Positions 27,818 through 37,591 of a DNA stretch of 64,000 nucleotides are shown piece after piece. The DNA is taken from contig DCKE01000007.1 of the NCBI GenBank assembly GCA_002320285.1, positions 15,606 through 79,605 of the forward strand, written 5' to 3'. The notes beneath the pieces were generated by a model. The model was not told the DNA's origin and did not search any database. It saw nothing but the letters and a program-made list of their open reading frames with translations. Within the stretch, counting starts at the first letter, position 1, and each line of letters opens with the position of its first letter. A program made the translations under genes and the position numbers. This DNA comes from Flavobacteriaceae bacterium UBA1682. GTDB lineage: Bacteria > Bacteroidota > Bacteroidia > Flavobacteriales > Flavobacteriaceae.

Positions 27818-28975
27818 TTATACTTGAACAGATTTTTTAGATGGCTTCTTTTTCATCTTATTAATCCAAATAAAAACACCCGTAATAGGTAGACTCGTTG
27901 CAATCAGACAGACCATAAAATAAAGGATTTTTGAAAACAGCCCATAGATATCTCCAAGATGTATAGCCTTAATTTGAGAAGCAATTTTGTCGCCTGTTTT
28001 TTTATCGTCAAACAATTCCTTTTTTAGTATTTCACCAGAAAACTGATCGACAAACATCCTATCATAAGCTGTTTTGTTAAATCGATCATTATCTTTTTTC
28101 TGTATTTCAAAAGATCCTTTCTCTCCTTTGGGAAAAGAAACTGTGGTTTGTCCTTGATAAGGGAAGTTTTCATTTGCCAAAGCTAGAGCTTGCGAATAAG
28201 TCAACGATTTAGCGTCCTCCTTCCATATCGATTCAGGCTTGACCTCATCTCTACCTCCAAATACTTTTACCCCTAATAACTGACTTAGTCCAGCTCGATA
28301 CCATTCAAAAGACCAACACAAGCCAGTCACCGCCATAATCAATACGACGAGCAAGGTATAGAACCCCAAAGTATTGTGAAGGTCGTGATTGACACGCTTC
28401 CACTTGGCGCTAAATTTTATTTTAAAACCGGGTTTCATACTTTTCCACCCCTTAATCTTCTTGGGAAACCACAAAAACAATCCCGTGATAGACAAAACCA
28501 CAAAAATTAACGTTGCAATTCCAACTATAGGTCTACCGATAGAAGAGTCAAACAACAACCAACGGTGCAATTTCATTACCTCACCAAAAAACGGCGCGGC
28601 TACGCTTTTTCCAGATCCTATAATTTCCTTTGTATACGGGTTAATCGAAAAACTATCATCTCGTTTATCTTTTTTACCAGCACTTACAGAAAACACATAG
28701 GGCTTATTGGCTTCTGAGTCGGTAACCACTCTGGTAACTTTTCCCTTTGTCTCAGCTTCAACAAACACAATCAGGTCCTCAACACTGTATTTGGACGGCA
28801 ACACTTCAGCGATGGTATATTTTTCCGGTTCCAACCATTGCTCTACTTCCGCCCTAAACGTATAAATAGTTCCAGATAAACAAACTACGAAAAGCACCAA
28901 AGCACTAGCAACACCCAACCAAAGATGAAGGTCATTCATCAACTTCCTAAACCCGTATTTCTTAGGATTTTTCAT
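27818..28975 (-). CDS. PepSY-associated TM helix domain protein (PiuB-like)
   Basis: It has N-terminal 'LHLWLGV', central 'LHRWLLF' and C-terminal 'IHLGDIYG' motifs with four TM helices, the typical PepSY_TM architecture. Confidence 0.75.
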   Translation of the reverse strand: MKNPKKYGFRKLMNDLHLWLGVASALVLFVVCLSGTIYTFRAEVEQWLEPEKYTIAEVLPSKYSVEDLIVFVEAETKGKVTRVVTDSEANKPYVFSVSAGKKDKRDDSFSINPYTKEIIGSGKSVAAPFFGEVMKLHRWLLFDSSIGRPIVGIATLIFVVLSITGLFLWFPKKIKGWKSMKPGFKIKFSAKWKRVNHDLHNTLGFYTLLVVLIMAVTGLCWSFEWYRAGLSQLLGVKVFGGRDEVKPESIWKEDAKSLTYSQALALANENFPYQGQTTVSFPKGEKGSFEIQKKDNDRFNKTAYDRMFVDQFSGEILKKELFDDKKTGDKIASQIKAIHLGDIYGLFSKILYFMVCLIATSLPITGVFIWINKMKKKPSKKSVQV

Positions 28976-29189
28976 ATATACTGATTATTTTTCACATTAA
29001 GCCCCTATAATATCACCGCCTCTGTTTGTCTGTTTACACAAAGAAAACGAACCTTTATCAGCGATTTTATAAGTTATCCTTAACCAATAATCTATTAAAA
29101 TCTCTTTACTAAAAATGGAAATAGAAATATTTAGACTGAATAAGAACAGTGCAAATATAAAATTGTTTCTGCTCTACTGCAAGTGAAAT

Positions 29190-29549
29190 CTAAAAAGGAT
29201 AAAAAGCATCCTCTAAATGCTCCATGGAATAATCGTCACCCTTTTTGAGAATCGCGAGTATATCAAATCGAATTTCTTCTTGACGCGACTGCATTTTCAC
29301 ATAGTGATTGGCAGCTTGAATCAAGTGGCGTATTTTTGCCTTGGTTATAAAGTCTTGTGGTAGACCGAAACCCGAAGAAGAACGGGTTTTCACTTCAACG
29401 ACAACGAGTATACCTTCATTAAGGGCTATAATATCAATTTCTAACTTTCTATAACGCCAGTTGCATTCCAGTATGACATATCCTTTATTGACCAAGAATT
29501 CCACCGCCTTTTTCTCTCCCAACCTTCCTAATTCGTTATGATCTGCCAT
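29190..29549 (-). CDS. yraN: YraN family (UPF0102) endonuclease-like protein
   Basis: 'GRLGEKKAVEFLVNKGYVILECNWR....EIDIIA......VVEVKTR' is the YraN signature. Confidence 0.85.
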   Translation of the reverse strand: MADHNELGRLGEKKAVEFLVNKGYVILECNWRYRKLEIDIIALNEGILVVVEVKTRSSSGFGLPQDFITKAKIRHLIQAANHYVKMQSRQEEIRFDILAILKKGDDYSMEHLEDAFYPF

Positions 29550-29557
29550 AATTGTAG

Positions 29558-30454
29558 TTATAAGAATTCCAGAGTCACCTTTTCTTGCTTAATGTCTAGT
29601 ATTACTTCATGCCCAAATTTTAAGGCTAAATTTTCTTTAAGATGCCCAGCAGGAAAATCAAAACAGATCGGGAAATCATATTTTTTACCGATCTCCACGA
29701 TAATATCGTGTGCTTGTAGTCCAAAAGGAATAGAGTTGTCCTTCATTTCGGTCATCCCTCCAACAATAAGCGCCTTAAGATTTTTGAAAAAACCATTTCG
29801 ATCTAAATTATACATCATACGGTCAATATGATATAAATACTCATCGAGATCTTCGATAAACAAAATTTTATCCGCTGTATTCATTGCAGACGGCGATCCG
29901 GTTAAACTATAAAGTATGGATAGATTTCCCCCTATCAATTCTCCCTTAGCCCTCCCGATATGATTCAGTGCATTAGCTTCAATTTGATAACTCAATTTTT
30001 TTCCAAACACCATGTCTTTGAGCGATTTTATGGACGCTGCAGTTGTATTTACCACACTAAATGCCATGATAGCATGTAAGGTTTCTACACCAATATTATG
30101 TATATGACTATGCAGAACAGTTACATCACTAAAACCGATAATCCATTTAGGTGACTTCATAAATCGATCAAAATTTAAATGGTCGATAATGCGTACGGTT
30201 CCATAACCGCCTCTCGCACACCATATCGCCTTCACGTCACTATCGTCAAGTTGGTCTTGAAAATCGGCTATTCGTTGCTCATCACTGCCCCCTAATTGAA
30301 AATTATCTAAGCCAATAGTGGTTCCCAGTCTTACTTTAAGCCCCCAGCTTTCCAATAGTTCTATTGCGGGTTTAGCTTCTACTACTGAAAATTTCCTCGC
30401 AGTGCATACTATGGCAACGGTATCTCCTTCTTTTAAATAAGCGGGTTTTATCAT
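29558..30454 (-). CDS. ldcA: LD-carboxypeptidase (peptidase S66)
   Basis: It carries 'ARGGYG', 'GFSDVT' (nucleophile Ser) and C-terminal 'FPAGH' motifs. Confidence 0.8.
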   Translation of the reverse strand: MIKPAYLKEGDTVAIVCTARKFSVVEAKPAIELLESWGLKVRLGTTIGLDNFQLGGSDEQRIADFQDQLDDSDVKAIWCARGGYGTVRIIDHLNFDRFMKSPKWIIGFSDVTVLHSHIHNIGVETLHAIMAFSVVNTTAASIKSLKDMVFGKKLSYQIEANALNHIGRAKGELIGGNLSILYSLTGSPSAMNTADKILFIEDLDEYLYHIDRMMYNLDRNGFFKNLKALIVGGMTEMKDNSIPFGLQAHDIIVEIGKKYDFPICFDFPAGHLKENLALKFGHEVILDIKQEKVTLEFL

Positions 30455-30536
30455 CGAGTCTTTTTTTACAAATCTAAAAATCTTTGTAAGATATATCTTT
30501 TATTTTCAACAGAAAAACAGTTTTGTATTTCAAAAT

Positions 30537-30570
30537 GAAACAAAAAACCCCACGCCAGAGCGAGGGGCTT
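30537..30570 (-). terminator. Rho-independent terminator ending locus B
   Basis: On the minus strand, CCCCTCGC-TCTG-GCGTGGGG (one mismatch) is followed by TTTTTTGTTT, ~30 nt after the OmpA-family stop. Confidence 0.65.
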
Positions 30571-30598
30571 AAAACAATAAACGACTAGCGATCAACTA

Positions 30599-32548
30599 CT
30601 ATAATTCTAAAACAATAAATTCACTTCTTCGATTCTCTTGATGTTGCTCCTCTGAACAGGCCACGCCATCGACACAATGATTAATCAATTGGGTATCTCC
30701 ATATCCCTTTGCGGTAATACGATATGCCGCTATACCTTGATTGATTATCCACGTTCTCGTTGATTTAGCTCTCTGGTCAGAGAGTCTTCGGTTATACTCC
30801 TCCTGCCCCCTACTATCTGTATGCGATCGAACATCGATCTTCATATTTGGATATTGCTCCATAACCGCTACGATTTTCAGTAGTTCCATGGTTGCATCAA
30901 CACGAATATCGGACTTATTCAGGTCGAAATAAATCGGAACCAATTCCAATACTTTAAATAAATCATCGCCCTTCTCTACTTTAATTTTGACTTTCTCCAA
31001 GCCAAAATCTAGCTCAGTTATTCCTTCTTTAACCGGAAGGTCTACCGTTACCTCTGCTGTGTTGAATTCTTCCCTACTCGCATTTACTCGATATCTAGTA
31101 GCACAATTCAAAAGATCAAATTGATATTGACCTCGCTCATCGGTAACTACCTCGCTAAGCAATTTAAAATCACGATCTAACAAACTCACTTTAATTTGGG
31201 CTATTCTTCCTTTATCCTTCTTATCATAAACAATTCCTTTTATGGTTTGTTTACAGTCCAATTCGAGTTTACGTGTTTCATAAACCGAGTAAATATCATC
31301 GCTGCCGTAATCCTCAGCCCTATTAGAACTGAGAAAACCCTTTTGAAGTTTATTATCCATGAAAAAACCGAAATCATCAGCCGTGCTATTAGCAGGAGCT
31401 CCAATATTATGAACTGTACCCAAAGAACCGTCCGTAAAAATTTTTACGGCAAAAATATCGAGCCCTCCCAAACCGGGATGTCCATCAGAAGAAAAATACA
31501 ATTCGTTTTCAGCACTGATAAAAGGAAAACTCTCTCGCCCGCCAGTATTGATTTCCGTTCCTAAATTAATCGGGTTTCCAAATTTCCCACCGCTTAAAAC
31601 GGCCACTTTATACAAATCTGACTGTCCTTGTCCGCCTTGTCGATCGGAAGCAAAATAAAGCCATTTCCCGTCTAAACTTAATGCTGGATGAGCAGTACTA
31701 AAATGATCGGAATTAAAAGGCAATTCTACTGCTTTAGTCCATTTACCGTCTATCTTTTCAGAACGATAGATCTTTAATAAAGTAGTACCCACTTCATTTC
31801 TCCCTCGCACACCTTTATTGTAATTATTTCTAGTAAAATACATCGTTTTTCCATCGGCAGTAAAAGTCGGTGTCGATTCGTTAAACGTACTTTTTGTTGA
31901 AGTAGCGAATTTTTTCACTCTTCCAAATGTTCCTTCCCCTTTTATTTCCGCCTGATATAAACTCGTAAACGGTTGATTGGTCCAACGGTGAACCCGCCTA
32001 ACCATAGCTCCAGTATCTCGAGCAGAAGCAAAAATCAATTGATTGTCATAGACCGTACTACCAAAATCCGCATAAGACGAGTTAATCGGTAGCCTTGTCA
32101 ATTTATACCTACCTGAATTCGCTTTAATTCGATCGAGGTAATCCTTATCTTGTAGGATCAACCTAGATCTTTGATCTGCGGATTCTCTTTCAGCAAAAAT
32201 CTTTAACATTTTATCTGCCTCCATATAATTGTCGACAGCTTTGAGCGTTTGCGCATATCTAAAAAAATACTCGGAAGGCAACTTATCAGTTAACTCAAAA
32301 AGAGCGTCATACCATCTATTTGCCTGTATCAATTTTCCATTAAAATAATAGGCATTGCCTAAGCGTTGAAATAGCTCCAGGTTTTTATATCCTTTGTCAG
32401 CAAGTCCTTCATAGATTTTAATCGCATCGACATAGGCAAAAAAGTCATAATGTTTATCCCCTTGAATCTGTTTTTTATCTTGAGAAAATGCTGTTATAGA
32501 GATGAATAAATGGACGAGAAGTAGATATTTATAAAACATTGTTTTCAT
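30599..32548 (-). CDS. OmpA family protein with TPR, TolB-like beta-propeller, CarboxypepD_reg-like and OmpA_C domains
   Basis: It has a signal peptide. The C-terminal 'IYFDLNKSDIR...HTDSRG...YNRRLSDQRA...GYGDTQL...NRRSEFIV' is an OmpA-like peptidoglycan-binding domain. N-terminal TPR-like helices and repeated 'SP.FS.DGK.(L/M)YF.S.R' blades are visible. Confidence 0.85.
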   Translation of the reverse strand: MKTMFYKYLLLVHLFISITAFSQDKKQIQGDKHYDFFAYVDAIKIYEGLADKGYKNLELFQRLGNAYYFNGKLIQANRWYDALFELTDKLPSEYFFRYAQTLKAVDNYMEADKMLKIFAERESADQRSRLILQDKDYLDRIKANSGRYKLTRLPINSSYADFGSTVYDNQLIFASARDTGAMVRRVHRWTNQPFTSLYQAEIKGEGTFGRVKKFATSTKSTFNESTPTFTADGKTMYFTRNNYNKGVRGRNEVGTTLLKIYRSEKIDGKWTKAVELPFNSDHFSTAHPALSLDGKWLYFASDRQGGQGQSDLYKVAVLSGGKFGNPINLGTEINTGGRESFPFISAENELYFSSDGHPGLGGLDIFAVKIFTDGSLGTVHNIGAPANSTADDFGFFMDNKLQKGFLSSNRAEDYGSDDIYSVYETRKLELDCKQTIKGIVYDKKDKGRIAQIKVSLLDRDFKLLSEVVTDERGQYQFDLLNCATRYRVNASREEFNTAEVTVDLPVKEGITELDFGLEKVKIKVEKGDDLFKVLELVPIYFDLNKSDIRVDATMELLKIVAVMEQYPNMKIDVRSHTDSRGQEEYNRRLSDQRAKSTRTWIINQGIAAYRITAKGYGDTQLINHCVDGVACSEEQHQENRRSEFIVLEL

Positions 32549-32559
32549 GACTAGTACAT

Positions 32560-33513
32560 TTAAAAGAATCGTGGTGAAGTGATGCGGTTAAAACCTCTAA
32601 ACAATTCAAAACGCAAGTATATTTCATGAGATCCTGAATTGTAATGGACTAATTTGCTGGTTTCAGCATCATAACTATAACCGACAAACAGTCCCTCTGT
32701 AAGTTGAAAGCCCAACAGTCCACTGACGGCGGCATCCCATCGATAAGCCGCTCCAATTGTAAATACATCAGCTATTAAAAAATTGGCAGAAGCATCGATT
32801 TGAACAGGCGCTCCTGCGACCGCCTTAGTCAAAATGGCCGGTTTAAACTTGAGACCCGCGCTTAAGTCAAATACGTGGCCTGCGATCAGGTAAAAATTTA
32901 CTTTTTGTCTCATCGCGGTATAAGTATTGTTGTCAAAACGATCGGTTGCCAGAAAATTGGGAACTGATATTCCCATATAAGTTTTATCGGAGCGCAAATA
33001 CAATCCAGCTCCAATATTTGGTGTAAATTGATGGTTTATATTGTTGCTAAATACCACATCATTCAGATCGTGAATGTTGAGTTTATCATAATCCACATTT
33101 AATAAATTGGCCGTTCCCTTTAAACCAAATGACAACTTGAATTTTCTATTCAAATCCATGGTATATGAAAGATCCAAGGAAATGTTGTTTTCATCCATGA
33201 CACCTATATTATCATTAATAAAGGAGACCCCAAATCCTAATCTCGAATCACCTAAGGGGCTATGGATCGATAAAGAAGTGGTTTTCGGCGCTCCATCTAG
33301 ACCAACCCATTGTGCACGATGAAGTCCAAAAATACTCATTACGCCACGCGAACCCGCATAGGCAGGGTTTACATTTATGGTATTGTACATATATTGGGTG
33401 TATTGAGGATCTGCTTGAGCTTGTGCATTAAATACGGCACACAGAACGAAAATTACCATCAAAACCCACTTGACATTAACTAATTTCATACTCTTGTCGC
33501 TTTTAGTTGCCAT
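32560..33513 (-). CDS. T9SS membrane protein, PorP/SprF family
   Basis: After a signal peptide, 'QADPQYTQYMYNTINVNPAYAGS' is the PorP/SprF N-terminal signature, and the C-terminus ends in F like an OM beta-barrel. An alternative ATG at 33489 (MKLVNVK...) would remove the 11-nt overlap with the upstream gene. Confidence 0.85.
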   Translation of the reverse strand: MATKSDKSMKLVNVKWVLMVIFVLCAVFNAQAQADPQYTQYMYNTINVNPAYAGSRGVMSIFGLHRAQWVGLDGAPKTTSLSIHSPLGDSRLGFGVSFINDNIGVMDENNISLDLSYTMDLNRKFKLSFGLKGTANLLNVDYDKLNIHDLNDVVFSNNINHQFTPNIGAGLYLRSDKTYMGISVPNFLATDRFDNNTYTAMRQKVNFYLIAGHVFDLSAGLKFKPAILTKAVAGAPVQIDASANFLIADVFTIGAAYRWDAAVSGLLGFQLTEGLFVGYSYDAETSKLVHYNSGSHEIYLRFELFRGFNRITSPRFF

Positions 33514-34753
33514 CTAAATGAAGGTAACCCGATTTCTTAATCATACGTGAACCACTTACATCTATATGTTCGTAATTAAGTATATAATAATAAGTACCCG
33601 ATGGTAATTTCTCCGATTTTTGAACGCTTATTCGACCTTCGGAAATCCCCTTAAACACATTACCTCGGCTGTCGTAATTTTCTGTATCATAAACCTTAAC
33701 CCCCCATCGATTAAAAATCTGAACGGTATTATTGGGGAATTTTTGAATATTCTTGATCTTGAAATAATCATTATGTCCGTCTCCATTTGCAGACACAGCA
33801 TTATATATTACAACATCATCTTCAATGTCCATCTTCTTTATACTTGCCAAGGTAAAAATGCCATATTCAGATAAAACAGCTGGGGTGGTCACGGTTTTCG
33901 CTTCTTTATCCACAATTCCCCCTTCGTCTACCCAAACTTTTAATCGGGAATCCCAACGAACAATATGTAAATCATAGGTTTTAAATTCGAGTAACTCTGC
34001 AGGGGTCGTTTTTTCATGCCAGTTGAGAGTTAGAACAACATTGGCATCTTTTCCAACTCGCTCGACAGTCCAGTATTCTTGATCATTAACCGTATCAATC
34101 ATATCGGTAGCACGCGTTTTTGAGGTGCGATTTAAATGGAGTTTTTTAAAATGATATTGACTTAGAAAATTTCCCTCTAATTGTTTCTCTGTAGTGATCT
34201 TAGCTGGACGATAATAACTTCCATCGCCAATTGGAAAGGTAAAACCATCTTTACTCAATTGAACTTGCTCAACTTTACCATGGATATGACTCCTATCAGA
34301 GGTATTAATATGCCGCGCTCCTTTTTCAAAAACCACGGCTCCATACACGCTATCAACTTCAACAATTCCTCTCATGAAATTTGCCGTACCCGCTATACTG
34401 ATATCATTTTTTAGATTAAAACCCCACACTAGATTCTCATCATTAAACAACACATCATAAAAATAACTGGGAGCACTTCCATTTAGATTTTGATTCTCCA
34501 CACCTCCTTGGAAAGGTTGAAAAACAGCGTAGGAAGTTTTGCGTTTAAAAGTATATAAACCGTCGTTCTGAAAGTCAGCATAAAAGTACATACTTCCATC
34601 ATTATTAAGGGTTGCATCTTTATGATTCTCAAAATGGAGTAAGCTAGATACCTTGGTTTCAGGATATATGGTTAGCATCCCTTTATTTACCAAGGCAGGC
34701 CTCTGCTGAGCCATTGTACTTATTCCAATCAAGAATACGATATATTTATACAT
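33503..34753 (-). CDS. Secreted protein with a T9SS type B sorting domain; paralogue of the 470-1729 product
   Basis: The C-terminus is 'YNAVSANGDGHNDYFKIKNIQKFPNNTVQIFNRWGVKVYD...LPSGTYYYIL...GYLHL'. It is collinear with the 419-aa protein over its full length, ~50% identical by eye and higher in the CTD. Confidence 0.85.
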   Translation of the reverse strand: MYKYIVFLIGISTMAQQRPALVNKGMLTIYPETKVSSLLHFENHKDATLNNDGSMYFYADFQNDGLYTFKRKTSYAVFQPFQGGVENQNLNGSAPSYFYDVLFNDENLVWGFNLKNDISIAGTANFMRGIVEVDSVYGAVVFEKGARHINTSDRSHIHGKVEQVQLSKDGFTFPIGDGSYYRPAKITTEKQLEGNFLSQYHFKKLHLNRTSKTRATDMIDTVNDQEYWTVERVGKDANVVLTLNWHEKTTPAELLEFKTYDLHIVRWDSRLKVWVDEGGIVDKEAKTVTTPAVLSEYGIFTLASIKKMDIEDDVVIYNAVSANGDGHNDYFKIKNIQKFPNNTVQIFNRWGVKVYDTENYDSRGNVFKGISEGRISVQKSEKLPSGTYYYILNYEHIDVSGSRMIKKSGYLHLDGN

Positions 34754-34948
34754 CTGTTCCTTGAAATTATATTTGTTATTCTCTTATTAGTATCACAGTA
34801 CGTGTGTCTGATTCTTTTACAATAATCCAAAAAGTCAAAAACAACAATGGCGAACACTTGGCACATTTTTTAATACTTTTTGAAATTCATCCCTGCTCAT
34901 CATTATTAATAAACAGGGATTTAAAAAATATCCATACTAAAAAGCGCT

Positions 34949-37069
34949 TTAGATAGAAGCCTTTGATAAAAGATCTTCTAGTTGCGACAATCTATCTTTG
35001 ACCAAATCAGATTCAGATCTCAACTGTTTGATTTCTTCACTTAGTTTGTCAATTAGACCTTGTTGCTCGATAGTATGTAAATACAATTCTTCGATTTTCT
35101 CCAATTGTTGGATACTCAAGGCTGTCATATCAATAGTATATCCATTCTCTGATGTTGATAAATCAGCAATTTTAGTTACACCGGGCAAGTGATTATTTTT
35201 TTCGATAAAATCTTTAACGTCGTCTAATGATTTAAATTCGTAAGCTGGTCTCAAATCAGAATATCCGGTAAAGTATTTTTCAAAAACATAATCAGCATAT
35301 ACACTGCTTGTGGTATATAACTTACCGGTAGTTGTGATATTACCGTCTACATGAAATTTAACATCCTGCAAAACACCTCCTATCGTAAGTGATGGAATGT
35401 CCCGAGTCCCTACTGCTACTCGTCCTTGTTGATAAATATCCTGCAAGTATGTTTGAGCTTCTTCAGTACCGCCGAGCTTGTTCCAAGGTCGCGAGAAATT
35501 AAGCTTTGATAGCGCTACTTTCACCTGCCCACCGTCCGTATCATGCAGTATTAACTCTTTGCTGTTGTCATCGACAACGAGGCTCGCATTTTTGGTGTTT
35601 TTAAAATTCTCCAAATCGATATCAGTCAAAACACCAAATTCGTTATAGTATTGAAAGACATTGGTAGTAGCATTATAGACGACATTTCCATACTTATCCT
35701 TGAGATTTGTAACAATCGTATTGACTACATCCGGATTGTTAAAAATGCTGGTCAGATGTGTTTCGGTGATCGCCGTAATCAGGTCTACATGTTCAAAAAT
35801 GGTCTTTAGAGCTAATTCTACTGTATGTCCAGCCGTATCTTTGATAACCAGATTCAAACCTTGTACGGTAAAAGACTCGTTGGTCGTATTCATATCACTC
35901 CAGTCGATAATGACTGCATTGCCATTTCCATCTAAATATTCGAACTGATTTGTCGTAGTATTATAAATAACATTCCCATATTCCTTCCTTAAATTATATG
36001 CAATTTGCCACATTACCGTGGGATGATTAAAAATATCTTTGATATGCACTTCTGTGATTGCCGTAACAAAATCACTGTGCTCAAAAATATCGGCTAAAGC
36101 TACCTTAACCGTATCTCCCGCGCTATCGGTAATGACCAGATCAGCGCCTACTATTGTAAAAGACTGATTGGTTGTATTTAAATCGGAAAAATCAATCTCA
36201 ACCAACAAACCCGCTTCATTATAATAAAACTTATTTGTCAAACTGTTATAACTGACATTTCCATAGGTGCCATTTAAGGTGTTAATGATTTTATTAATCA
36301 CGTTATGGTTATTAAAAATCTCCTCGACATGGGTTTCTGTAATCGCCTTTACAAAATCCGCATGATCAAAAATAGTTTTCAGTGCTACTTCCACCGTATC
36401 TCCTGCCGTATCGGTGATAACCAAATCCGCGCCAACTATAGTAAAAGATTGGTTGGTCGTGTTAAAATCAGTCCAATCGATATCGGTTAACACCCCTTGA
36501 CCGTTATAGTATTGAAACTTATTTGTCGATGGATTATAACTGACATTTCCGTAGGTTCCAACGAGGGTCTGGATGATTTTATTAATAACATTTTGATGGT
36601 TAAAAATCTCTTCAAAATGCATTTCCGTGATCGCTTTTACAAATTCCTGATCTTTAAAAATCTCACTTAATGGCACCTCAACTATATGTCCATCACTATC
36701 TTGAAGTTTTAGTTTATGATCGAGTTGATCAACGGATAAAAGGGTATTCACGGTATTGTTATGTGGTAAGGATTCCAGATCTTGAGCATTAATAATCCTT
36801 AACCACTTATCAGACATCCAATAATAGTATCCGCTACCGATAGTGTTATTGGTATTAAATACAAGTAAACTGTTTACATTCCCACCAGTAATTGTCGTTT
36901 GATCTGTGTGGCTCGTCAATGAAATCCGAGGGATTAAAACTCCTTTACTATTGGATACGATATCCAACTGGGAAGATTCATTTGGAGTCTGAGTACCAAT
37001 TCCGACTTGTGAGTAACCAGAAGCAACAGCTCCTAGTATAAAAGCTACTATTAGTAATTTTTTCTGCAT
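34949..37069 (-). CDS. Secreted repeat protein (706 aa) with the shared N-terminal module, ~4.3 x ~96-aa tandem repeats and a C-terminal coiled coil; no T9SS CTD seen
   Basis: It has a signal peptide (…ASGYSQ) and the 'VGIGTQTPNESSQLDIVSNSKGVLIPR...YYYW..DKW' module. Repeats are anchored at (E/K)(V/L)AL..IF.H at aa 131, 227, 322, 418 and 517. The C-terminus contains 'YADYVFEKYF...L...FIEKNNHLPG...QQLEKIEELYLH.IEQ' followed by a heptad-like Leu/Glu-rich tail. Confidence 0.8.
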   Translation of the reverse strand: MQKKLLIVAFILGAVASGYSQVGIGTQTPNESSQLDIVSNSKGVLIPRISLTSHTDQTTITGGNVNSLLVFNTNNTIGSGYYYWMSDKWLRIINAQDLESLPHNNTVNTLLSVDQLDHKLKLQDSDGHIVEVPLSEIFKDQEFVKAITEMHFEEIFNHQNVINKIIQTLVGTYGNVSYNPSTNKFQYYNGQGVLTDIDWTDFNTTNQSFTIVGADLVITDTAGDTVEVALKTIFDHADFVKAITETHVEEIFNNHNVINKIINTLNGTYGNVSYNSLTNKFYYNEAGLLVEIDFSDLNTTNQSFTIVGADLVITDSAGDTVKVALADIFEHSDFVTAITEVHIKDIFNHPTVMWQIAYNLRKEYGNVIYNTTTNQFEYLDGNGNAVIIDWSDMNTTNESFTVQGLNLVIKDTAGHTVELALKTIFEHVDLITAITETHLTSIFNNPDVVNTIVTNLKDKYGNVVYNATTNVFQYYNEFGVLTDIDLENFKNTKNASLVVDDNSKELILHDTDGGQVKVALSKLNFSRPWNKLGGTEEAQTYLQDIYQQGRVAVGTRDIPSLTIGGVLQDVKFHVDGNITTTGKLYTTSSVYADYVFEKYFTGYSDLRPAYEFKSLDDVKDFIEKNNHLPGVTKIADLSTSENGYTIDMTALSIQQLEKIEELYLHTIEQQGLIDKLSEEIKQLRSESDLVKDRLSQLEDLLSKASI
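35501..36736 (-). repeat. In-frame tandem repeats (~288 bp x ~4.3) inside the 706-aa gene
   Basis: The protein periods are 96, 95, 96 and 99 aa. Units 1 and 2 are ~75% identical in protein by eye, and the DNA is similar but not identical. Confidence 0.8.
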
Positions 37070-37310
37070 AATATCTATATTTTACGTTCTTTCAATCGTT
37101 TAGACACCTCACACAGAATTAGTCACAAAAAAAAGACCTCAAAAAGGCCAAAAGCTGTCTTATAATGCTGTTTTTTTGTCAAAAAACATAAGACAAATTC
37201 AAAAAAAACAATTAATCAACCAACATAGCAAAATTAAAATATTAAAAATATTAAAATATCAGAGTTTTTAAATTTAAAATCGTTTTTAACACTTGAAACC
37301 AAGAGGTGGT

Positions 37311-37365
37311 ATAAAATAAAAACAGGGTTTGATCACTTTTAAGCAAGTGACCAAACCCTGTTTTC
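37311..37365 (-). terminator. Strong hairpin terminator downstream of the ECF-sigma operon
   Basis: AACAGGGTTTGATCACT pairs with AGTGACCAAACCCTGTT (17-bp stem, one mismatch, 8-nt loop). The minus strand continues TTTTTATTTTAT. Confidence 0.75.
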
Positions 37366-37591
37366 AACAAAAAAACTCCGTTAAATTTACACCAAGCAAC
37401 TCCCGATACAGGAGATATCTAATCTGACTTGATTCTAGTTATATACGTCCGACAACTCGATTCACTCTTTTGATTAATCGATCACACCACTTAGCCTACC
37501 TAAAAAATCAGGTGTTTAAAACTTGTAATTCGCAAAAATCTCATCACTCCCATGCTTTACTTACATCAAATCGAGCAACTCATAACAGTTA

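Noticed and set aside
34889-34920. A hairpin (ATCCCTG ... CAGGGAT, with an 18-nt loop) lies between the 706-aa and 416-aa genes and might be a terminator separating them.
   Set aside because: The stem is short, the loop is large and no U-tract follows on the minus strand. I also found no TAnnTTTG box for the 416-aa gene in the 195-nt gap. Co-transcription remains the simpler reading, but it is unproven.
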